Below the pieces are notes generated by a model, which saw only the letters and a program-made list of their open reading frames with translations, ran no database searches and was not told the origin of the DNA. Shown in pieces: positions 54,901 through 64,000 of a DNA stretch of 64,000 bases. The stretch lies in the NCBI GenBank assembly GCA_051294375.1, contig CM119266.1, positions 19,665,657-19,729,656 of the forward strand. The letters are read 5' to 3'. A program made the translations under genes and the position numbers. The stretch's first letter is position 1, and each line of letters opens with the position of its first letter. This DNA is from Paraspadella gotoi (Eukaryota; Animalia; Chaetognatha).

Positions 54901-57900
54901 TTCGAATCGTCGGCGGCGAAGAACCGTTTTATCGACAGATTGGAACTCGACTCGCTCTCATCATTCAGGTTCGTCGATAAACAATCAAAAACTAATTTTA
55001 TAAACTATTCGCTCAACTTTTTCCCCCATAGCAAAATACCTGCTCAAACGTGTCATCGCCAACGCAAGTTTCCTACGGATGGCGGGCGGATAACGAACTC
55101 TCGCTCGCTTCTTATCTAGACAGTTCCATTCTAATCGGACCTCCGTTAATTCTCAGAGTAACTATTTTTGAAATATTTTTTGAAGATGTGCTCACAAAAA
55201 AAAAAAAAAATAAATAAAAATTCGGGTCTTTAGGCCGGGAGTGAATTCACAGTTAAAGGTATCGTTGACGCCTTCTTGGACGGAACTAATGAGACTGAGA
55301 CAGCGACTAAAATGTGCCGCGTCATTCGTCAAGGACCAAGCGCAAGAATCAAGGTAGACCAGGGTTTAAAATGGAAACGAGCTATGTTCAAAAAAATGCT
55401 CTTTTGTGACTCAAAATGAGAATTGTGCACGTGAATATATTTTTTGCAGTACGGTCAAAAGTTGGAAAGATCTACGAAGCAATCATTAGAGTTTGCGTCT
55501 GAATCAGTCAATTTGGATGGAAGGTGCGTAAAAAANNNNNNNNNNAAAAATTTTATATTTTTTTTAATAATTGAAGCAGAAAACATAAGAATTTTTAACA
55601 TCATGCTTCATTTTCTTAGCTTAGCTTTCTATGAAGAATCTGATTCATAAAAAAAATTTTAAAAAGTCATATTACTAGAACAGTAGAAATAATATTTTTT
55701 ATTTTTAAGTGCTTCTCATTACTCATTAAGCAATCTGTAAAACCGATTTTCTCTGTTTTACTTTTACTTTTAGTTCGGAGATTATGTACGAGTCGTGGGA
55801 ACTAAAAGCGGAAGATGGATCAGAGGTCAACATTACATATGAAGGAACCTCAAAAAATATAACGGAATACCTCAAGGACGTACAAAGTATTAAGTTTTCA
55901 ACCAATCCACTAAACGCCGGAAATTACATCGTCCGGCTTACGGCTACAATAGGTGAGTTTTACCTAAATAACCAGATAACTTTTACGATCATGGTCGAGT
56001 GTTTCCTGCGAGGATATCCATACAACATATGAGTAACATATTGTTCAATACACACTTACTACCAATAAATTCATAGTACAGATAAGAATGGAGTCTATTC
56101 AGAATCATGCCGATAAGTAGGAATTAAGCTATCTTGACCCTGAATATAAGGCTCCGACTCGAATAAATTATATTTTCAATTTGATAACATTATCGAATTT
56201 CTAATTGCCAAAAGACAACGAGTATGAACCATATACCTAGAATGGACCTCTATTACTACATGATGAACGGAATGGAATCGCAGGAAATGATTTTTTCCGT
56301 TTTCGTGTTAATCAATCTTTCATGGACAATTGTTTTTACAGGTTCACTTTCCGATACCGCCATGCAAAATCTTGCTGTGTATGAACCAAAAATAGATGTT
56401 TCCCCGCCACAAATGGTCGTGATGCAAAAGAGACAGCGGATCGATCCCAATCCTGAACAGGTCATTCCTCTTTCCATTTCTTGTCTTTTTTTATTCTCGG
56501 CTTTTCTGCGGTTTAGATGTACACAAAATTTGATAAAATTAGGCAAATATTTTGTCCATAGGATCCCGTTGTGAAATAGTAAATTGTGGCAGGAGATAAT
56601 GATGGCACAAGGTTCAGAACCAGAATGATTAAAAATTAGATTTTTTCATACATGAAGGTAATCAAAGCCTACGTCGAATGGACCGACCAGCTGTCGACTC
56701 CTTATAAAGCATATTGGACCGCATCAGAAGTCACGGGTAAATCGATCACATCATTGTGGATTGTGAAATGTTAGAAGCAGCATTTTACTATTCAGTATCA
56801 ATTTTTGAAATTCTTAATCGCTTCGCTTATTAGGTTACGCGACGGCAGATATACCTGAGAATAGTAAAGTCTTCAAACCTTTGGACAGACATCAGTTCAA
56901 CTTGGTCATTCCTCAAAATTCGCTAACGCCCGGCAAACGCCATCGTTTTCGCCTCTCCATCGAGTACAGCCTTAACGGAGTGTCGGACACGATCTCAGTC
57001 TTCACGGATGTAGAGACTTTTTACGTCCCAGTTATAGGCGAAGTGTTGGTCAGTTTTCACTCTTCAATTTGAATTTTTTTTTTTTTTTTTAACGAAACGT
57101 AACCTTTTTGAAGGTTTCACCTCAAACCGGTCAATCGCTGCGTGACCTATTTACCGTCACCGTCACGGACAACAACTGCGGCGCGGGTTCGACCAAAACG
57201 CCCGTTAATCGTGCTTATCTCTTCTCCGACGCGGGACTCGTGGCAATGACGGAGAGAATACAAGGGGTAAGTATTGGTGGGCCTCGTTTCGACGTCAATT
57301 CGTTTGAGACAACATTTTCCTTTTTTTTTTTTTTTTTTTTTTTTTTAGGGATTCATTCCACCTTTTAACTTGAAAGCGGGAAGTTTCCCAGTCGTGATTG
57401 TGTCTTGTTGCACCGAGGAAAATACTATATGCGTTTCTAAGGTAAATTATGCAAAAGAATAAATTAAAAATAGCTGAAATAAAAAATGTATGCAGATTTA
57501 GGTTTGATTTCCTTCGATTCACTTCCAGGCATCCGAGACAGTGGTCGTGACAAAAGCAAATGTTTCAGACATAAGTAATTATAATGCTGCAACGGTGAGC
57601 TCGCACGTGTTGGCGGCGTTGAATGAAATCGATGACCCCGCGGTCACGGACATTATAAACCAAGCGTGCGCTGGCAAATTGGGTCGGTGCGTCAATGTGG
57701 ACAGCAATGGAACCGAGGTATTTATATCATTTTATCGCGATGAAAATCATTTTTAATAACTTTGTACATTGTATGTATTTAGTGTTTTCTTATGAAACCA
57801 TCGCGAAAAACCCTCAATTTCCTGTAATTGATAACCCTTATCTTGGCCGTGACTGATAGAATTTTTTTTAATTTTATATTAACGTATATTTTTTATAGGT

Positions 57901-60016
57901 AGTTGATCCGGATTCCTCTCGGGATGCGATGCGAATTACCATCGAATATGTGGGGAAGAGAAATAATCGCGCGGTCGGCAGAAGGAGAAGAAACACGGTA
58001 TATATTTGCTTAATTCACTATTGACTATATCTATGAATGATTATTCTTATTTAAAATTATATTAATGCTTTTTCTAATCAGGCCCAGAATCCAGTTGAGG
58101 ACAACTTATATAGAGTTATCGGGGTTACCCTGAACAACGCAAACATTCGTTCTGAGTCGCAAACGGTCGATAGCGTTGGTAAGAATAATTTATTATATTT
58201 AGTATTTTGTACACTTTATTCTTCAAAATTATATCAAATTCATTAACTATTTTTCAACTATTATTACTTGTTTAGGCAGAAGGAAGAGAAGGAGTTTAGA
58301 AGAGCAAACCATAAACGATCAAGAAAAAGGTATGAAGAGCACAATGGACTTATAAAAAATGTTTTGGAAATGTTTTGAAAGTCTAGCAGAATCCGTTTTT
58401 AATAGGTATTAAGCTAGAACTGGCGAAGGATCTTTTAAACTCTCTCTCGACAATTTGGATTGGTAAAAGGTGAGAATTGTATTAGACTAAAACTATTTTA
58501 GTTTGTTGCAATATATTCAAGTGCTTGCAAATATATAGCTTGGTAAAGAGGACCCAAGTAGAACTTTTTTTTTTTCGTCTGTTTAAGGAAAACGAGCATG
58601 TACGAGTTGGATCGAATCCTTAGCGGCCTGTGCCTGTCGCAGACTTTTGAGTTGTCCGAGAGGGTTCTCAAATCCACGGAGGTTGTTTTGCGTACATGGT
58701 ACCCAGATTTCTCCACTCTCAAAACGTGGACGATGATACCCGCCACTTGCAATACTTGCTTTTCTGACCCGGCCTCATACTCACTAGGTCAGTTATTTTT
58801 CTAATAAGGAAATTTGGCTTAATTAATATTCTTTTTTTTTTAAATCTTTCGTCTGACTTTCAGGCGAATCTGTTTTGACCCACTTCTCGTCTTGGGTATG
58901 CTCAATAACTGCGCTCTCCAACTGCAAGGGGGCGTGTCTTGCCACAGCTCAATTGAGCACCGACCAATTAACCGAAATTGTCGCTTTGGACCAAGTTGGC
59001 TTCGTCTGGCCAGTCATTCGATCTCGAGTCGCTTATGTCCAGTTGATTAACCCAGAATCCGGCGCATTTCTAATCGTCAATAACTTGGCAAACGGAAACC
59101 CAGTTATTCAGGTTTGTTTTATTTGTTAATTTGGAAGCATTTGTTGTCTCGTACGCAAACTCTTTATGATTTGTTTTTGTTTAGGTCTGTACCCGTGGGT
59201 CTCCTTGTAACTTATCCTTTGATTTGCTGATTATACAAATTATTGGGGACTGTCGCGATATTGTTTCCTCAAAAACGTGTTTCTCATTTTTTCAGGTCAA
59301 ACTGGAAGTCTCAGGTGAAATCGCACCAACTACGAATTACACGCTCGAGTGTCGTATCTGGCCATACACTAATTGGACTGAATCGCCTATGCAAAACATG
59401 TGGGACTCGACCCCGTGCTCCACGCTCGTAGCAGAGGGAGAAAATGCCACCACCGTCGTGACCTGCAATTGCCGGACAACGGGTTACGTTGCCGTGTTTC
59501 AAGGTAACGCCTCGAATTGCCTTGCGATTTAAAGAGACTCAAAATACTAATTAGGATTATGATGATGAATTTTGCCAATCAGGTCCACCTATTACGCCGA
59601 CCACAATGGAACCGACGAGTGCCGCTTCATTGCCAGCGACGACAAAGGCCCCTCCTCTCGATCAGCCAGATTATTCTGTCGTTTTGACTTTACAGGGCGA
59701 TTACGACAAAGACGTTGCACCAAACAAGGCGGAGTTCGAATATAATATGACAGTGCAGGTGTGAATATGACAGTGCAGGTGTGAATATATCTTCTCTCCT
59801 TCTCTCACTTTTTGAAAATAAAGAAAGAAGTATATCGACGTGAGTTTCTTTACACTAAAGAATAGTCAATTGCTTATCACCGAGTTTACCGTATTGATTA
59901 AAATAGGAGTGAATTATTTGTTTTATCATTTTATGTAAAAAAGTTTGGACTTTAGTGGTTGCAAGGGAATGATAAAAAACTAGGTATAATGGCTTTATAT
60001 TTTAGTTTATTTATTA

Positions 60017-60054
<38 letters not shown>

Positions 60055-62386
60055 GTCGCCGACGAAATGGGCGTTGCAACATCTCGCATCGCTAACATGG
60101 TTGCTACAAAAGGATCCATAATACTTTCATTCATGGTAATCTTTGCATTTGGATATATGTACATAAGTTAATGAACGTAGAACGGAATCTAAAAATTGTG
60201 AGGGAATACATCACTCTCGATTAAAAAGAAATATTTAATCTGAAAAAAAAAACTCGTGAAAGATTTTTTGAATAAATTTTTCAGGTGAAAGGCGGGACAA
60301 ATGTGGACGTTGACTTGGAAGAGAAGTTGGAAGAACTGAAGAGAAAGGCTGCTGCCAATCAGTTGCAATTCATTGCAGCCGACGGTGAGTTTTTCTTCAT
60401 TCACTTTAGATAATTATTTTTTTTATTTAAAATTAAATTAAATTCGATAATTAGGTTCAAAGCTTTCCGTGACCTCAGTGAGCGTGACTGAAGTTGCTGT
60501 TGAAGATCGATTGACGGACGGAGAGATAGCAGGTCGAATTCCGCTTCACGATTTTTGTTATTTTTTTTAATTTGTCATCGTATTATTGGTTTAATCTTAT
60601 TATTCTTAGGCATCGTGATCGGCATCATATTAGCGGTCATCGTTTTCACACTCATAATCATAATCGTCGTTGCATATTACAAGAAAAAGCACGGTACGAG
60701 TATTAAAAATGTATTTGGTACCTCTTCGTGTATCTAATAATTTGTAGGGCCTCGAGTCATATTTCAGTTGGTCTTTTAGTCACAGTTAACTTTTAAATGC
60801 GGCAGTATTTTAAAATCATTTTTGTTGTTTCATTTTTATAAAACTGAATTATTATATATATTTTTTTTTAAAGAGGTGATTTTCTATGACTCTCAAATCG
60901 CAATTTCTTGCTCGTCTAGACTCTACCTTTTTGTCTAATCCTAAACTTTTTTTCTGGCTACTTTTTTATAAAATATCGGAAGGTTTCCAATGACTTTTCA
61001 ACCGGTTAGATGCCAGTTAAAAAAACAGTCCCAGCGATTCACAACCCGTTGACGTATATAGTCCGTTTAACCTCCCTTCATCTTTTTCAGGTCTCATCGG
61101 TAAAATTGAGCCAGAATACGAGGACCCGGAAGTAGCGAGGACCTCAAAGGGCGTTGTCGGGACCTATGTGGGTCCCTTAGACGCTGATTCCGGAAAGGGA
61201 TATGAAGGGGAGGACGAGGCAGAAACGTCTCAGCCTTACGAAGAACGATACGTAGACGTCAAGAAAGTGGACAAAAAAGATAACAACTACCAGGAGCTCA
61301 ACGCGCCGCCCATGGGTAAGAGAAAAAAATACAATATTAATTTAAAGGAAATATAAGTAACCGTTACTTATCTCCACTAAGTGCGTTACAATGATTTAAT
61401 GATTATAAATATATTAAATTGTAAATATTTTTGTTTTTAAACAGTTCCTACGACGAGCAGCGAACCTCCACCTCCCGTTTTTTATGACCTTCCCTCCGGT
61501 GGTAAGTAGTTTCATCTAGGGATATGGAGCTGGAGCCGACCGAGCCAACATTTTTTGCTGGAGGTGAAGCCTAAATTATTATCTGGCCGGAGTCAGAGCC
61601 AGAGTCTCAATCGGAGGCAAAATATTAAATATAATGAACATAATAAATTATAAATATTAACTTTTAAAGATATACAATTAAAAAAATTTTCAAGTATGCA
61701 TTTTATATCTTCAGGATACAATTATGTTATTATGATTGGTCAAATTTATTTTTAATTTCGCAAGTTTCACTTTGGGCCATATTTATACAATATACATACT
61801 AATAAAATGTCAAAATTTCCAAATAATTTTTTTTAGTTTTGAAAGTAAAAATGAATTTCTCATAAAAAGTTGATGAAAGAAAGTGAATGTCTTTTTACAA
61901 AATTCTTATTAAGTTATTAAAATTCAAGAAACTATACTTTACATACCAAAATATTAAAGATTAATTTTACCAGTTTTATACATTTTGACCTCATGAAATA
62001 ATTGTTTTAGGATTAATATTTCTTTTATCAACTTTTCATGAGGATTAAAATTATTTAACAACAATTTAAAATTTTAACATAATGCATGAATAAAAATTTT
62101 CTATGTAAAATTGAAAAAAAAGGAAGATTTTTGTATAAAAATATTAAGACTGTTTGTTCATGATTCACTTTTCGAATTTATATTCTGATTTTAAAAATTT
62201 TATTGCTCATTCCTTCTCTGATAATATAAGTTTTCCAAAAAAATTAAATTAGATAAGGTGATGAAGTAAACGAATTTTTTTCTCGGTTCAGCTGCCGCTC
62301 CCAACGATGAAGATCTTTATAAGGAAATCCAATCGATGAACAGCTCCAGTTCTTCTGAAGGCGCTTTGAAAGGCAAAAGATTTTGA
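31723..62386 (+). CDS. Giant (~3,500 aa, ~50 exons) single-pass receptor: signal peptide, 3 helical Cys repeats, mucin stalk, IPT-like, REJ, GAIN/GPS, SEA-like, TM, Tyr-rich tail (polycystin-1/REJ-related ectodomain)
   Basis: Phase-compatible GT-AG exons followed by hand from MDTTSFIFVVCLIAVGQG (31723-31792) to ...EGALKGKRF* (62292-62386). Apparent frameshifts near 38485, 47635-47870 and possibly 57785. Joining the N-terminal and REJ halves into one gene rests on phase continuity and the lack of an internal terminal exon. Confidence 0.75.
32529..32571 (-). ncRNA. Minimal type I hammerhead ribozyme (Penelope pLTR type)
   Basis: ACG-CUGAUGA-A-GGCUC(GAAAUAAAA)GAGUC-GAAACAUGUC^CGU: intact core, 5-bp stem II, palindromic ACAUGU stem III, 3-bp stem I. 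Confidence 0.85.
33908..35400 (+). mobile_element. 5'-truncated, decayed LINE (I/Jockey-like RT) nested in the (TC)n tract of the inverted pLTR
   Basis: KPDK...SYRPVSLLSCLGKLFERII, LDYEGAFNAVWHEGLLWK, GSPQGAILSPDLF, QYADDV (34441-34458) and LKFLG; stops and frameshifts; (CTAT)n tail at 35383-35400. Confidence 0.92.
35438..35480 (+). ncRNA. Second hammerhead copy, stem I mismatched
   Basis: Same core and stem II, but GUC^GGU instead of GUC^CGU, which breaks the first stem-I pair. Confidence 0.75.
36541..36860. repeat. Dispersed repeat family B
   Basis: Homologous to 22188-22460. Confidence 0.7.
36975..37117. repeat. Dispersed repeat family D (second copy ~50345-50478), possible Tc1/mariner-type end
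   Basis: Shared AAGAATTTCAAAACAATTAATATATCGT...TTTTGTCTCGATATA; this copy ends CCCACCCCTG-TA. Confidence 0.5.
37476..45874 (+). CDS. Receptor N-terminal exons 2-11 (37476-37753, 37960-38548, 40108-40370, 41147-41351, 41434-41961, 42060-42265, 42459-42633, 44236-44781, 44866-45113, 45773-45874): Leu/Ile-rich helical repeats
   Basis: Open exons with consensus splice sites and consistent phases; recurring motif IC(S/N)xN(Y/F/W)xxxxN(D/E) in exons 3, 6 and 9; many N-x-S/T sequons. Confidence 0.75.
39549..39804. repeat. Dispersed repeat family A, full-length copy
   Basis: Same ends and body as 30955-31210. Confidence 0.85.
43073..43726 (-). mobile_element. TRIM (miniature non-autonomous LTR retrotransposon) with tRNA-like LTRs
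   Basis: Direct repeats 43073-43306 and 43495-43726 (4 differences). PBS TGGTGAGCCCGAC (43493-43481; tRNA-Trp-like, 1 mismatch to TGGTGACCCCGAC). PPT GGAGGGGGGA next to the 3' LTR. GCATT duplicated on both flanks. Confidence 0.92.
45944..51359 (+). CDS. Receptor Ser/Thr-rich mucin-like stalk: microexons 45944-45979 and 46040-46072, large exon 47046-49124, exon 50733-51359
   Basis: Extremely S/T-rich ORFs 47102-47644, 47849-49132 and 50711-51442, bounded by phase-1 splice sites. Confidence 0.8.
47598..49028 (+). repeat. ~726-bp (242-codon) tandem duplication inside the mucin exon
   Basis: AATCTGAAAATACAAAATTTTTCAC...TTCTTCTCAAGCTC occurs twice; antisense ORFs 48016 and 48742 are offset by exactly 726. 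Confidence 0.9.
51474..59503 (+). CDS. Receptor IPT-like, REJ and GAIN/GPS exons
   Basis: VVTGTNF...C (IPT-like). REJ-type motifs EVGACNLVSL, LVIPQNSLTPGKRHRFRL and PVIGEVLVSPQTGQSLRDLF. GPS-type ECRIW...MWDSTPC...VTCNCRTTGYVAVF in exon 59296-59503. Confidence 0.8.
59583..62386 (+). CDS. Receptor SEA-like domain, transmembrane helix (exon 60610-60693) and cytoplasmic tail
   Basis: KGSIILSF (SEA G-S-aliphatic motif); GEIAGIVIGIILAVIVFTLIIIIVVAYYKKKH (TM plus basic stop-transfer); tail exons 61091-61315, 61445-61501, 62292-62386. Confidence 0.85.
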
Positions 62387-64000
62387 TTCTTTAATTCAAT
62401 GTACAAGTAAATTTAAGATATTTTTTTTGTTTTTGTAATTTGCTACGTTTATGCCTGTTATACTGAAAGAAAATCTTTTCTTGTTTATGAATGTTACATT
62501 TTCTTATGTTTATAAAATTGCGATGCCAAATGCTTATTTCTGTGCATCTGACTTTGTATATAAGACATTTTAACAGAATTTGTTATTATTATTTTAAAAT
62601 TTTTAGAATCTTATAATTTTTATTAAGGTAATTTCCCTTTCTTTTTCGTTGGGTTTAAAATTAGGATAAAAAAGTTTTCTTTGTTTTCCAAACGGTCTTA
62701 AACTAAGACCGAAGCATGTTTGAGTTGTTTTTTTATCTCAATTTTCAATGAATTTTTATTACGAATTTAATAAAGAATGTATTAATTTAAATAAAAATTT
62801 TGAGTTTAATCAAAATTTTGAGCATAGTCTGGGGTACCAAGTTGCAACTATTATAACTCTCTGGAGATTGGGTACTATATCTTTACAATTTTTGTTACAA
62901 AGAAAATATAACGAAAGATTATTTGTATCACGACAATCGTTTTTTCCAAGACAATTTATTTAAAACAGTTACTTTAGTATTTGATTAAAACCCGAGAAGC
63001 TTTATACAGGGAGGTCCAGCTCTTTTGGGACGAACTTAAAAAATCTTAAAAGCATAAGGATCGTCGCAATCGCATAAGAAAAATCTGGATTGATGACAAA
63101 TTTTGATACTAAAAAAAATCAAATTTGAGAAAAGAAAATTAATTTATAAAAAGAAAGAAAGAAAAGAATAGAAAGGAAAGAAAGAATTGAAAGAAAAGAA
63201 AGAAAAATAAAAATAAAGAGAGAATGACGAGAAGAAAGAACGAAATAAAAACCCGATGTTGCGTTAGCAAAATGATAACCTGCGATGCTTAATTTTACGA
63301 GTTCAATCCTAATTCAATTTATTTTTTATTCAAACGCAGAGAGAGAGAGAGAGAGAGAAGCCAAATCGTTTTCGACGAATCAGCAGAAGCAGCAGGAGAA
63401 ACTTTTTTATTGTCAAATAAACTGTTCAGCAGATGCAGCCCCTGAGAAAAAAAAAGAGAGAAAGAAAAGAGAAAGAGAGAGAGAAGCCAAATCGTTTTCG
63501 GATTAATCAGCAGCGGAAGCAGCAGAGGGAGCCAGAAAATAGAAAGAAATCAAAAGGCAGCAGCAGGAGAAAATAAAAAAAAAATAAGAAAGCCCCTGCA
63601 GAGCCCTAATGTTCTCGATCAGCAGAAGCAGCTGCAGACTCGTTTTTTTTCCGATGACTGGGGAAAAGAGAGAGAGAGAACATATAATTAAAAGAGAAAA
63701 GAGAGAGAGAAAGAAATATAAAAATAAAAGAAAGAAAATTTGTTTGTTTTGATAAAACGTAAACAAAACATATTTAATAACTGTCCTCACCCAATTTTAA
63801 GGACCTCAATGATGAGAAGCTGTATATAAATTTTCAGCTTCATACACCCAAATTTAATCATTAAAAAAGCGATCGATAAGTTGGAATGCCGACGACGACT
63901 ACGCCACTATTTTCTATTTTTATATTTTATAAAGAATTTAGTATTTAATCTATATTATTTAATCAAATATATATTGCTTTCTTTTTTAAAATTTTTTTAT

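Overview
AT-rich animal (probably protostome invertebrate) genomic DNA with GT-AG introns; exon boundaries below were read by hand. Two + strand genes: (1) a quaking/how STAR-KH RNA-binding protein gene (6 coding exons, 20108-23536), preceded by ~20 kb of microsatellite-dense non-coding DNA; (2) a ~50-exon, ~3,500-aa single-pass receptor gene (31723-62386): signal peptide, three Cys-anchored helical repeats, Ser/Thr mucin stalk, IPT-like and REJ modules, GAIN/GPS, SEA-like domain, one TM helix, tyrosine-rich tail. Mobile DNA includes a miniature LTR retrotransposon (TRIM) whose LTRs carry a tRNA-Gly-like module (plus a solo LTR), a Penelope-like element with inverted pseudo-LTRs bearing minimal hammerhead ribozymes and a nested LINE, an LTR-like segment fused to a 45-nt copy of mature tRNA-Leu, and several short dispersed repeats. 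The inverted duplication at ~8.5-13.2 kb and some frameshifts look like assembly artefacts.
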